From positions 1-64,000 of the IMG/VR virus record IMGVR_UViG_3300036715_000626: DNA of 64,000 nucleotides. One strand, written 5' to 3'. Each line of letters opens with the position of its first letter. The stretch's first letter is position 1. The notes below the pieces were generated by a model. That model had not been told where the DNA came from. It made no database searches and worked only from the letters and a program-made list of their open reading frames with translations. A program made the position numbers and the translations under genes. Positions 19,468 to 29,546 of this stretch are shown here, in pieces.

Positions 19468-21426
19468 ATGACAAACACTCTATTGACTATCGCTGGTAGT
19501 GAAAAATTAGATTATAGTTTCGATCGTAAGATAGAAGTCGTTCCTGTAGGTAAGCTAAGAACAAAGATTAAAGCAGCCATTTATACCAACTTAAAACCTT
19601 TTTTTAAACAAGATAATTGCTTTTTCGAGGGATTAAAGAAATTTGGTATTAGAGAAGCTAATTCTTCAGGTACTAATGACGAAATAATTACTGCGTTCTT
19701 CAACGGTATTCGTAGCGTTGTTAAGTTTGAAATTGCTGTTAAACGCTTAGAATCTAACGGGGATTACCTAATATTCTTCTTCGTAAATACTTCACAACTT
19801 TTAAACTTAGTATTAGAATTCAATTTTGAGAATAATGGTTATTACCTTTATAATGCTTACGAGCGTTATTTATCAAAATACCCTGAACTTTTAACTACTA
19901 ATACAACGGTTGATGAGTTTTATGTAAATGAAAACGATATTCCTTTTTTAAAATCGGATAACAGTGTTGAGACATCTGTTATTAACGATTATGACGATAT
20001 TGATTTTGAACCGCGGTTACCTGTAGATTACGAAGTACCTACAATTCTTAACCTAGGTAGAACTTACCCTACGAGTACTAGAGACTATTTAGAAGAGGTT
20101 TCTGCTAGTGATAATATACTATTACACCATAACAAAGTGAATGGTAGAATCTATCTAACATATACTGATGTTGCTGAAGAAGAATTACGTAATATTATTT
20201 TTACATGTTTAAGTAACTATATAAACGATATTAAAGGTGTTGACAAGCACAACTTTACTTTTTATCGTTTAACTCATAATGAGATTAAATTCTTAAGTAG
20301 TAACTATGTTATGTATATTTTGAGTTTTACTTTATACGATGGCGACAAACCAATCTTAATGAAGTATGGTATAACACACGATGTCGCTAATAAAGCTATC
20401 TATTTATCAGAGTATAACTTCACCTCTTTAAACACTGAAGAATTCACTATGAAAGATAACCACAATATGAAAAACGGAATCATTGCTAATCCATACGATA
20501 CTACTTACGGTAAAATGTTTAACATTACTAATACTGAGAAAGCGCTTCTTAAGTATTATACCGGAACGTCTGATAAGAATTTGAATTATGAATACGGTCA
20601 TGATATCCCAGTCGGGTTGTTAGTTATCACTGGATACTGTGAAGATGAGAAAAACTTACCTGTATTTGAACATCCTATTATCTTTAAAGATATTCGTAAT
20701 AATTTAATCGTAGCGGTTGATATGCGTAAATACGTTCGTCAAACTACAGAACAACCTATGAGTCTGAGAGAGATCGCTAAAGATACTGCTAGTCTTGATT
20801 GTATTATGCTTAGAGCTATGTTAACGGCTCAGTTCTTGAATGGTGATACTGGAATTATGCGTAACCTAGATAAAAACTTTGCTTCTGGTTATACATTGTT
20901 ATTATCATGGTTATTGAATATTATGGGTAACTTCAATCCTATTGATAAAGTAAGTATTGAAATCGTTATTGCTCATTATTACTACAGTATGATGATCGAA
21001 GAACACGACCTACCGGATATGCAAGTTAACTTACACGCGCGTATTGCAAAGACGCCGCTATCATTACCTATCACTATTAAGAATGTTGAAAACACTCTTA
21101 GAAATATTCGCCCTGAAGTACGAACTATTGATGGGTTGATCGAGAATATTAAACTTGTGATTAGTGATGATAAACGTATGTTTATCAATACTGATGCATT
21201 GGTTAATCTGTTATCTTCTATGTGGTATGGTCCTGGTGGAGCTGAAGCAATGATTATGTCATTGGAACACCTACCTACTTGGATGGCGTTGATGTACAGC
21301 GCCACGGTTGATAAGACCTATAAGCGTTCGCGTTTGGCAAGTACTCTTGACAAATATGGTGCAAAAGTTAAACCTTCTGAAATTGAGAAGGGCGTTGAAC
21401 TTTATTTTAAAGAACATACCATGTAG
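19468..21426 (+). CDS. Virion structural protein; C-terminal half phiKZ gp32-like, N-terminal half unassigned
   Basis: PYDTTYG, LPVFEHP, VDMRKY, W.G....M..SLEHLPTWMALMY.A...YKRS.L. Confidence 0.65.
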   Translation: MTNTLLTIAGSEKLDYSFDRKIEVVPVGKLRTKIKAAIYTNLKPFFKQDNCFFEGLKKFGIREANSSGTNDEIITAFFNGIRSVVKFEIAVKRLESNGDYLIFFFVNTSQLLNLVLEFNFENNGYYLYNAYERYLSKYPELLTTNTTVDEFYVNENDIPFLKSDNSVETSVINDYDDIDFEPRLPVDYEVPTILNLGRTYPTSTRDYLEEVSASDNILLHHNKVNGRIYLTYTDVAEEELRNIIFTCLSNYINDIKGVDKHNFTFYRLTHNEIKFLSSNYVMYILSFTLYDGDKPILMKYGITHDVANKAIYLSEYNFTSLNTEEFTMKDNHNMKNGIIANPYDTTYGKMFNITNTEKALLKYYTGTSDKNLNYEYGHDIPVGLLVITGYCEDEKNLPVFEHPIIFKDIRNNLIVAVDMRKYVRQTTEQPMSLREIAKDTASLDCIMLRAMLTAQFLNGDTGIMRNLDKNFASGYTLLLSWLLNIMGNFNPIDKVSIEIVIAHYYYSMMIEEHDLPDMQVNLHARIAKTPLSLPITIKNVENTLRNIRPEVRTIDGLIENIKLVISDDKRMFINTDALVNLLSSMWYGPGGAEAMIMSLEHLPTWMALMYSATVDKTYKRSRLASTLDKYGAKVKPSEIEKGVELYFKEHTM

Positions 21427-21449
21427 TACTCCTGACGGAGTACTACATG
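21420..21449. terminator. Hairpin, 13-bp stem
   Basis: CATGTAGTACTCC-TGAC-GGAGTACTACATG followed by a T-rich run. Confidence 0.7.
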
Positions 21450-21509
21450 TTCCATTTTTTTATAAATCTATATTATAACTGTAGATTAAACTAGAAAGAA
21501 GGCTATGTA

Positions 21510-21698
21510 ATGATTTATTTATTAGTTGTGTTACTTCTAATCGTGGTGCTGATTAGAAGTAAGTTGATTAACCCTGTACCTGGGTTAATTATTGTTGGGT
21601 GTGTAAGCCTAATCTCCGGAATTAATTATGTGTCCGGGGCAGTGTTGTTGTTAACACTGCTCTATATATTTACAACTAGAGCTATTCCAAGTAAGTAG
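21510..21698 (+). CDS. Small hydrophobic membrane protein, monocistronic
   Basis: 62 aa, almost wholly hydrophobic; own promoter-like motif (21464) and hairpin (21687-21717). Confidence 0.65.
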   Translation: MIYLLVVLLLIVVLIRSKLINPVPGLIIVGCVSLISGINYVSGAVLLLTLLYIFTTRAIPSK

Positions 21699-21717
21699 GT
21701 TATTCCTACTTACTTGG
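21687..21717 (+). terminator. Hairpin with T-tract
   Basis: CCAAGTAAGTAGG-TTATT-CCTACTTACTTGG then GTTATTTTTTT. Confidence 0.75.
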
Positions 21718-21762
21718 GTTATTTTTTTCTTTATTGAATAAATAATAAAAAAAGGATTACCT

Positions 21763-23097
21763 ATGCCATTGTTTACACGCGTATCGACCGAAGATTTAGA
21801 GACTGAAATTTCAGGCACTCTTACACCAGAAGATGTAGCTGATCATACCGAAGCTCATGAAGACGTTGCTTCTGAAATGGAAGAAATTCAAGGTGCGTTT
21901 ACAGCTATCGATGATGCTGAAGAAGTTAAACAAAATCTTGAAGAAAAAGTAGTTGCTCTTGAAGCACTTGCTACTATTGAACTAACTGCGTATCATGTTA
22001 ACGATGCTAAGAAAACATATAATGATGCATGTAAACGTCTTGGGTTAGATCCCGTAGCTATTTCTACGGAAGATATTGACAACGGCGTTAATTTGTCAGT
22101 AGAAGGCATGAAAGAAGTCATTACTAAAATCGTAGAAGCGATTAAAGCTATTATTGCTAAAATCGTACTTGCGGTTAAGAAACTTTATATTAAGATTCAA
22201 GTAGCATTTAACAATGATAAAAAAGTCGCTACTAAACTGATGAACGAAATTGAAGAAAAAGCTAAAAAATATAATACCCAAGATGATATGATCGTTGATC
22301 TCAAAGCGGTATTCCGACCGGATAGTGATTTGAGTAATAGTTTATATAAATCAGTCTCTGGGTTAATGACGCTATTTGATGGTGAAAAACCTTTTAGCGA
22401 TATCATCGGACACGCACTACAGGATTATAGTAGAGATTCTGGCCGAGTTATTAAAATAACAGGCGTTAATGCAGAAGGGACCGTGTTATTCGATGTTAAT
22501 CCTGTAGATGGAATTAATGGTGATGAAACTATGGCACCTTCGTGGATAGAAGAAGTAACCGATCAAAAATTATCCCATGGAATATATGGCGAAGCAATTT
22601 CTGTAAGGATTTTATCTACAAAAGCGAATATTTTTTATGCTGTGATAAAATATATACATGAAGAAACTAACCATTTCGTCTATAAAGCTCTTACTATTAA
22701 AGGTGTTCTTGGTGGTAATAAAGTATCTTCTGATTATAAAGTAACTGCGTACGGTAGTTCTGAAAAAATTACTTTTAAGATATTACCTAAAGTTGATTTA
22801 TCAGACATTAAATGGATTGGAAAACTTGTCGGAGACCTTAGTGGTAATATTGGAAAACAATATTCCGCTATGCTAGAAACACTTAAGACCCTTGATAGCG
22901 ATGTAGCTAGAACTGAAAAAGATCTGGCTAGTCTTGGAGATGATAAAGCCGCCGATGTGAAAGAAAGTTTATCTGTATTAAAAGAGATGTCAACTATCAT
23001 ACCACGTGCTTATGTGGATCGTATGTCGGCTATTTTGTATCTTAACAAAGCCTGTATTAAACTGTTAGCAGCTGCTAATCGTGGATTAAAAGGGTAA
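21763..23097 (+). CDS. Internal head protein paralog 1 (phiKZ inner-body-like)
   Basis: Acidic propeptide with VSTE, ISTE, LSVE sites, then amphipathic helix MKEVITKIVEAIKAII. Confidence 0.8.
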   Translation: MPLFTRVSTEDLETEISGTLTPEDVADHTEAHEDVASEMEEIQGAFTAIDDAEEVKQNLEEKVVALEALATIELTAYHVNDAKKTYNDACKRLGLDPVAISTEDIDNGVNLSVEGMKEVITKIVEAIKAIIAKIVLAVKKLYIKIQVAFNNDKKVATKLMNEIEEKAKKYNTQDDMIVDLKAVFRPDSDLSNSLYKSVSGLMTLFDGEKPFSDIIGHALQDYSRDSGRVIKITGVNAEGTVLFDVNPVDGINGDETMAPSWIEEVTDQKLSHGIYGEAISVRILSTKANIFYAVIKYIHEETNHFVYKALTIKGVLGGNKVSSDYKVTAYGSSEKITFKILPKVDLSDIKWIGKLVGDLSGNIGKQYSAMLETLKTLDSDVARTEKDLASLGDDKAADVKESLSVLKEMSTIIPRAYVDRMSAILYLNKACIKLLAAANRGLKG

Positions 23098-23101
23098 CCA
23101 T

Positions 23102-23130
23102 ATACATAGGTAGCGATGCTACCTATGTAT
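23102..23130 (+). terminator. Hairpin with T-tract
   Basis: ATACATAGGTAGC-GAT-GCTACCTATGTAT-TCTTTTTT. Confidence 0.75.
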
Positions 23131-23172
23131 TCTTTTTTTATTTATATGAAATTTAACCTATAGGAATATACT

Positions 23173-24552
23173 ATGCGCCACTCATTATTCGCAACTCTCA
23201 GTAGAGAAGATTTTGTTGATCCTAACACCGAAACAGACCTTACCACCATTGAACCAGAACAAGTTATCGACGATACCGAAGCTACTGATGAACTTAACGA
23301 AATCCATGCTGAAGTTAAACAAGATATCCTTACTGCTGACGATTCAGAAGAAGTAATTTATGAACTCCAAGATAAAATCGTAGAAAACGAAAAACTTCTT
23401 GAGACTCCTGAAGTTGTTTCTAGCGGATCTGTTGTTGTAGCGCAGGAATCTCTCAAACGCAGTGCTCGCATTCTAGGTGTTTCTGTTGCTGCGGTTTCTG
23501 GATTATTTCCTTCCAACGAAGCTGTTAATGAAGATCCGGTATTCGCTCTTAAGATCTCTAATGAATCGGCACGAGAGTTTATACAAGGTATCGTAGAAAA
23601 ACTTAAAGTTCTTTTTGAACGTATCAAACTCGCTATTAAGAAACTCTATACTAAGCTAGTCGTTATTACCTCGTTCGCTGAAAAGAAAGCTATCAGTCTT
23701 AAATCGGTTGTTAAAAATGTAAAAGGTACTCCTACAGATCTAACAGCACAAGATATCAAATACATTAGTAATATCCTAGGTGTTGTTATTGCAGTTAACC
23801 ATGGTAACTTTAGTGGTGATGTTTCTGGTATCGTAGGGCAATATCTGTCTACTGTAACTAATAGTAACACTATTAACAAAATGACTGCTAATACAGCAGC
23901 TGTCATCAAGTCGATCACAGATCTCAATGCTAAGCCTACTATTGATATTAAAGATATCTATACTGTAGATGATATGATCTTGAAAACATGTGATGGTAAA
24001 ACATATGCCAATGCTATGTTAGAGAAACTTACTAATAGCCTTATGGAAAACAAAATGTTTAACATTGAAGGTGATAAAACTAATAGTGCACTTGTAAGTG
24101 TAATACCTATTCGTTTTGATGGTATTACTATTGATGGTATTGGTATTATATCTAATACTAAAATTGATGTTAAAGATGCTAAAGACCTTATGACCTCTAC
24201 AAGCATACGTATCGTTAAAGCTACTTTATCTCCGGTCATTATAGATAAGTTCAGTATCCATGCTCCTACTAAGGAAGTGTTGAGTAAAGTACTTGATAAC
24301 GTTATCAATGCTTCTAAACAAACTAAGTCATTCTCTACTAACATGTTAGCTAACATTGACAAAATCGATCACGATATTAGTAAGTTATATAACTTAGAGC
24401 TTACACCAGAACTTAAAGATATTACTCGTCGCACTATTACTACAACTCGTTTAGTAGCTACCCATGCTGTATTGAACGGTGTTCTTGGTCAAGTTGCTGC
24501 GACTAAAGCAGTACTAAGTTATTGTAACCTTTGTGTTAAAAAATTCGCTTAA
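23173..24552 (+). CDS. Internal head protein paralog 2
   Basis: LSRE, AQE, PSNE, ISNE sites; similar to 38574..39911 at both termini. Confidence 0.8.
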   Translation: MRHSLFATLSREDFVDPNTETDLTTIEPEQVIDDTEATDELNEIHAEVKQDILTADDSEEVIYELQDKIVENEKLLETPEVVSSGSVVVAQESLKRSARILGVSVAAVSGLFPSNEAVNEDPVFALKISNESAREFIQGIVEKLKVLFERIKLAIKKLYTKLVVITSFAEKKAISLKSVVKNVKGTPTDLTAQDIKYISNILGVVIAVNHGNFSGDVSGIVGQYLSTVTNSNTINKMTANTAAVIKSITDLNAKPTIDIKDIYTVDDMILKTCDGKTYANAMLEKLTNSLMENKMFNIEGDKTNSALVSVIPIRFDGITIDGIGIISNTKIDVKDAKDLMTSTSIRIVKATLSPVIIDKFSIHAPTKEVLSKVLDNVINASKQTKSFSTNMLANIDKIDHDISKLYNLELTPELKDITRRTITTTRLVATHAVLNGVLGQVAATKAVLSYCNLCVKKFA

Positions 24553-24582
24553 CTACTAGCTAGGGATATCCCTAGCTAGTAG
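24553..24582. terminator. Perfect 30-bp palindrome between convergent genes
   Basis: CTACTAGCTAGGGAT|ATCCCTAGCTAGTAG. Confidence 0.75.
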
Positions 24583-26497
24583 CTTTTAATTCTTCATTTG
24601 CTTTTTGACTTAGTTCTTCCAGTGTAGGAAAATTAAACATAGACGTACAATAATCTATAGAATTTACTTTACCAAACATAAGATTAATGTTTTGTAATTT
24701 GAAATCATCTTTATCAATACCTTTAATATCAATAACTTCTCTAACAGTAGTTTCCTTACTAACATTAGCCGCTTGGGTATCTGAGGGGTACCCAGAAACC
24801 TGATCTGCATCAAAAACAAAACCTCTTACGTTAGTGATTAAATTAGGATTTTCCTCAACTACTTTCATGCCATTTTCTTTAATCCTAGAAGAAGGAAGTA
24901 ACACGATCCAATTATCTAATCCTAAAGAAACATCGCTATCTAAAGACTTAGGTTTACTACCTAATACTCTTCCACGTTCTAAATAAAAGAAATGCATAGC
25001 ATCAATTATTTTCTTAGGACCACTATTAAATATATCAAAAGAAGATACACCAGATAACATAGCCATAACATGCGAAAGGTCTTTAGTCTTCTCATCAAGA
25101 TGCAACATAGAGATAACGTCCCATTGGTTATAGATAATATACTCAAGAGGTTTATTAGCAGACATGTATCTATGCCAATCGATACCACCTAGATGCATAC
25201 CTTTCTTCTCAATAACCTGATAACTGTAATTAGTTTCATAAGATTCTAATTGAATATCGTCTTCATTAGTAAACCCACACTCGCAAACACATTCTTTATT
25301 AGTTAACAAAGTACCATAATCATCATACTCATACTTAACATGGATATCTTTACCACACTCTGGACATTTAACTCGTTCTATTTTCGTATAGGTTTTTACA
25401 TCTAACGGAACTGTTGTTGTATAATGTAAAACTATTTTAGCTTGTCCAAGTTCTTCTTTAAATTTAAGTTTACCAAGTTTATCACCAAGTTCTTTTTTAA
25501 GGATGTTATCAAGACTATACCCCCCAGGAACTGTTTTACCGCCTACACGGACATAACGGTGCGCTGACATAGCATCGACCCAGTAGAACGTAGCTGGGCA
25601 GTCTATGACGTGCCATTGCTCTTCTGGTGAAATAGGTTTAAACTTACCTGAATCCGTCATCTTACTGATAGAACCCATTTTGAATTTGAAATGTCTAAGT
25701 TCTTTAGGTAATCTAGGATCGCTAAATACATCTTTAGGGTCTATATTATGTTTCTCTAGAACATCGAGTATCATTCCGATATCGAAAGTGATATTCCATA
25801 TCGCTATGATATCAGGTTGCCATTCATGAGCTTTCTTAAGAACTTCTAAGACACATTCTAACTCATTTTCAAAAGTATGGTACTCTGTTTTAATATTTTC
25901 GGTAATAGAAGTTTTAGGAATATACTTAGTGAACAGATATTCTAGTTGACTAACAACACCTTGTCTGGATTGTATAAACTTCCTAGTAAAGACTGTATAG
26001 ATCTTATCTTTCATAGTTAGTGATATAACCGTTATCTCACCTGTTTCAATATTGATCTCGATGTCGAGAGCAGCTTCTTTGTATTCTGAAATAGTATCTG
26101 GGTATTTATCAAGATATAACTTCTTAATGGTTACTTTAGAATCAACATCTAGACCATAAACAAAAGGTGAATCTTGTACGTCTCTAAGACTTGTTTTACC
26201 GATATATCGGTTACCTAGACGCATAGCTACATTTTTACCTAACTCAGATTGAGTAGAGGTATATTTATTAAGGTTCTCGATGTATTCAGATTCTTTCTTA
26301 TCTTTATGCTGCTGTAGATGTGGCTTGGTTATCCAAAATGGTCGTTTAAAATTAGATAGTACTTTTAAATTATTTTCTTTTGTTCCATCTTTATAATGGA
26401 TAACTTCTTTTATAACATGCGTGTCCTCACGAACATCCGGTATAGCCGGTAACCAGAATATAAACTTACATTCTTTACCTAGTATTTCCTTTTGCAT
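24572..26497 (-). CDS. Split family-B DNA polymerase, exonuclease/motif-A subunit (phiKZ gp82-like)
   Basis: ExoI LDIE, ExoII WNITFD, YSLDNIL, ExoIII YNQWD, motif A DQVSGYPS, NVSKETT. Confidence 0.88.
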   Translation of the reverse strand: MQKEILGKECKFIFWLPAIPDVREDTHVIKEVIHYKDGTKENNLKVLSNFKRPFWITKPHLQQHKDKKESEYIENLNKYTSTQSELGKNVAMRLGNRYIGKTSLRDVQDSPFVYGLDVDSKVTIKKLYLDKYPDTISEYKEAALDIEINIETGEITVISLTMKDKIYTVFTRKFIQSRQGVVSQLEYLFTKYIPKTSITENIKTEYHTFENELECVLEVLKKAHEWQPDIIAIWNITFDIGMILDVLEKHNIDPKDVFSDPRLPKELRHFKFKMGSISKMTDSGKFKPISPEEQWHVIDCPATFYWVDAMSAHRYVRVGGKTVPGGYSLDNILKKELGDKLGKLKFKEELGQAKIVLHYTTTVPLDVKTYTKIERVKCPECGKDIHVKYEYDDYGTLLTNKECVCECGFTNEDDIQLESYETNYSYQVIEKKGMHLGGIDWHRYMSANKPLEYIIYNQWDVISMLHLDEKTKDLSHVMAMLSGVSSFDIFNSGPKKIIDAMHFFYLERGRVLGSKPKSLDSDVSLGLDNWIVLLPSSRIKENGMKVVEENPNLITNVRGFVFDADQVSGYPSDTQAANVSKETTVREVIDIKGIDKDDFKLQNINLMFGKVNSIDYCTSMFNFPTLEELSQKANEELKATS

Positions 26498-26574
26498 ATT
26501 TGCCCTTTATGATTATTCAGTTATAAATCTCTGTTTAAAATATTATCTTACTTGATAAAAAAAAAGGATATATT

Positions 26575-27930
26575 ATGGCACTATTTAAACGACTCTCTCG
26601 AGAAGACGTGGATCTTCTAGAAGAAGATCAAGAACCTCTAGACTTATCTCAAGTTATCGAAGATAACGATGACTTCCAAGCATCTCTAGAAGAGTATAAT
26701 GATATGTTAGAAGATCTTGATGAAGCTACTGAAGTAGCTGAAGAAGCTCAAGAGAAGGTAGAAGAACTAGAGACTCTGTCTCCAGAGGAGTACTCTCCTT
26801 ACGTAGTAAGAGACTCTATCAAGTTCTATGTTAACCTCTGTAAAAGAGTGGGTATCGAACCAGAACATATCTCTACTGAAGATATTGATAATGGCATCAA
26901 GTTATCTGTAGAGAGTATCAAAGAGACTATAATCAAAATTATAGAAGCTATCAAAGCATTCATAGCTAAAGTATGGAATGCTCTTAAGTCCCTGTTCGTA
27001 AAAGCACAAGTAGTTGTTAATAACGACGAGAAAATAGCTAAAGAGGAAACTCAAAAACTACTTGCTAAAATAAAAGAGAAAAATGTAACTCAACATGATA
27101 TAGATATGTGTCTAAAAGATACATCATTATCTATTGAAGATAACGACGATAAAATTAATAATACTAATATCTTAAAACCTATGTTAATCGAAATATCAAG
27201 ACGAATATCTGGATTCACTATGCTTCATCACAATGGATACGCTATGTTAAAAATATATGGTAAGTCCTTTCAGGAAGATAGTCTATTTAAATTAGTCCAT
27301 TTAACAGGTGATAATATAGATTTCTTTAATGGAACAGCTTCCTATGGTGCGGAACATATGATAAAATTTATACGTAACCACGAGCTAAAACTATTAAGTC
27401 ACAGTAGATTATTACCTACAGATTACGGTCACGATATTAAAACAGACCATATTATTGTGACTCCTGTTACATCCACTGGGACTAAGTTAACAATTCTTGT
27501 AAGAGTAACAAGAAAAGAAAGTGATTATGCTGGAAGAGGAACATATTCAGTAGATGATATAGAATATCTTGACTGTAAAGTTACCGATAGTTTTATATCT
27601 GATAATTGGGATACTCTTAGTGATATAAATAATTACACTATAAACACGCTAACAGATATTTCTAGAAATATAGATTTTAATAAAAATAAAATTAAAGCTA
27701 TAATGAGCATAACTAATAAGATAATAACAGAAAATGAAAAAATTCTTTCTGAAATAAATAAAGAAGCAAGCGATTATAAAAAGAAAGAAAATTTAGACTA
27801 TTATCAAAAAGTTATAAAAATACAACCTAGAATATGTTATGATATGATAAAATCTTTAATTTATCTTAATAGAACTAATCTAAAAATTATTTCATTTTTA
27901 GATAAAGTAGTAGATGTTGCTAAAAAATAA
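26575..27930 (+). CDS. Internal head protein paralog 3
   Basis: Shares CKR.G..P..ISTEDIDNG..LSVE..KE.I.KI.EAIKA.IAK with paralog 1. Confidence 0.8.
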   Translation: MALFKRLSREDVDLLEEDQEPLDLSQVIEDNDDFQASLEEYNDMLEDLDEATEVAEEAQEKVEELETLSPEEYSPYVVRDSIKFYVNLCKRVGIEPEHISTEDIDNGIKLSVESIKETIIKIIEAIKAFIAKVWNALKSLFVKAQVVVNNDEKIAKEETQKLLAKIKEKNVTQHDIDMCLKDTSLSIEDNDDKINNTNILKPMLIEISRRISGFTMLHHNGYAMLKIYGKSFQEDSLFKLVHLTGDNIDFFNGTASYGAEHMIKFIRNHELKLLSHSRLLPTDYGHDIKTDHIIVTPVTSTGTKLTILVRVTRKESDYAGRGTYSVDDIEYLDCKVTDSFISDNWDTLSDINNYTINTLTDISRNIDFNKNKIKAIMSITNKIITENEKILSEINKEASDYKKKENLDYYQKVIKIQPRICYDMIKSLIYLNRTNLKIISFLDKVVDVAKK

Positions 27931-27939
27931 CTACGCAAT

Positions 27940-27967
27940 GTATCAGATAACACATGTTATCTGATAC
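27940..27967. terminator. Hairpin
   Basis: GTATCAGATAACA-CA-TGTTATCTGATAC. Confidence 0.7.
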
Positions 27968-28025
27968 TGTATTTATATCCATTTATCTAATGTTTTAAAT
28001 TAATGATAATAACTAAGGAAATAGC

Positions 28026-29471
28026 ATGAAACTGTTTGACACTCTTGACCATAAACCGAAAACCTCTAACTCGACACTTTCTACTGAAATGATCGATATC
28101 CAAAAGAACGATTATGTGGTTCCTTTGCTAGAATCAGCTATCGGCGATCTTCGCGATAAGATGACGGAATTTAGTATCAATTCTACCAAAGAAGCTTTTA
28201 ACCATAAAACAATCTATCCAATAATTCAACGTATCGATGCTATCCTTAAAAAACGTTTTGGCTTTACTACCAGACATGTAAGTACTGATACAAGCAACTA
28301 CGCTATCTTTCCGGTTCCTCCTAAATCGTTTAACGTCCTTAATGATAATGTAGAGGAGTTATACACTAACATTTCAGAACATTTAGAAGATACTAATGTT
28401 AAAACAATTGAAGTTAAGCATGATTACCAAATCAATAACATACTTTCAGATTGGAAGCAGTCTATCGATTCATTAGAGAAAACTATGAACACTAAAGGTG
28501 TTTATATTGACTTACACCATGCTACTATTTCTGGATTACCAGATGATTATGTTCTCTATATGTTTGGAGACTTTAATTTCTTACTTAACGGTATTAACCT
28601 TTCTAATCGTGAAGTAGTGGCGGTTATGATGCATGAGATCGGTCATGGGTTTACGCATCTTGAATACAGCTATCGCTCGGTTAAAAATACGGGTGTTCTT
28701 GTGGATACTATGAAAGACAATTTGTTAAACAAAAACAAATCGTATCGTGAATCGTTAGTTCTCGCTTATGAAGAAACATTTCACGAGAAACTTACTGAAA
28801 CTGAAAAGAAAAATGCATTATCGGCTACTATAGCAGTAATGAATAAGTATGTTGCTAACAGTACCTATATGGGTGATTCAATTCACGCTTATACCGATTC
28901 GGAACAAGCAGCAGATCAGTTCTCTGGTAGATTCGGATTAGGAGCTGAGTTAGTTTCAGCGCTTAAAGCGATTACTGATAAGTACGGTAGTTTTGGTTTC
29001 TTAGCTGGACAGTTTGCATTACCATTAGTAGCAATCTTAACTTACTATGCTGTACTAGTACTTATTACAGGTGGATTAGCTGTTCTAGGTAATATAGCAA
29101 TTGTTACGATAGGTGTTATAACATTACTCAACTTGATTGTAGCTATCTTTACTAAAGGCGGTACAACTATACCTGAAACATATGATGAAAACAAGCGTAG
29201 AGCTATTCGATCTCGTAATGAGCTAGTTCGTCAATTACGTTTATCACAATTGAATAAAACTGAGCTTACTGCTATGTTAGGCCAGATAGAATTGACAGAT
29301 AAGTTAATATCTAAAATACCTGCTGATAAAGTGGGTATTTTTAATAGACTAGTTATAGCTATGTCTAAAGATGCTAAATTACACCGTGATTCTAAATACA
29401 CTGAACAACTTATCGAAGATCTTATGGAAAATGATCTTTACGTAGCTGCTGGTAAACTTAAAGCACTCTAG
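28026..29471 (+). CDS. Virion head protein with HExxH zincin motif and hydrophobic hairpin
   Basis: LSTE site; AVMMHEIGH...SEQAADQFSGRFG.G.EL.SAL; long hydrophobic segment. Confidence 0.75.
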   Translation: MKLFDTLDHKPKTSNSTLSTEMIDIQKNDYVVPLLESAIGDLRDKMTEFSINSTKEAFNHKTIYPIIQRIDAILKKRFGFTTRHVSTDTSNYAIFPVPPKSFNVLNDNVEELYTNISEHLEDTNVKTIEVKHDYQINNILSDWKQSIDSLEKTMNTKGVYIDLHHATISGLPDDYVLYMFGDFNFLLNGINLSNREVVAVMMHEIGHGFTHLEYSYRSVKNTGVLVDTMKDNLLNKNKSYRESLVLAYEETFHEKLTETEKKNALSATIAVMNKYVANSTYMGDSIHAYTDSEQAADQFSGRFGLGAELVSALKAITDKYGSFGFLAGQFALPLVAILTYYAVLVLITGGLAVLGNIAIVTIGVITLLNLIVAIFTKGGTTIPETYDENKRRAIRSRNELVRQLRLSQLNKTELTAMLGQIELTDKLISKIPADKVGIFNRLVIAMSKDAKLHRDSKYTEQLIEDLMENDLYVAAGKLKAL

Positions 29472-29517
29472 ATAGATATCGGGATTCCCGATATCTATCT
29501 ATCTATCTACCTATCTA
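29469..29517. repeat. Hairpin merging into a (TATC)n microsatellite
   Basis: TAGATAGATATCGGGA-T-TCCCGATATCTATCTA then TCTATCTACCTATCTA. Confidence 0.7.
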
Positions 29518-29546
29518 TATTATTGAATATAAAAACAGGAGTTCGT

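Noticed and set aside
25195-25441. Intein in the DNA polymerase
   Set aside because: No N-terminal C/S block, no HN-C/S/T end, and too short.
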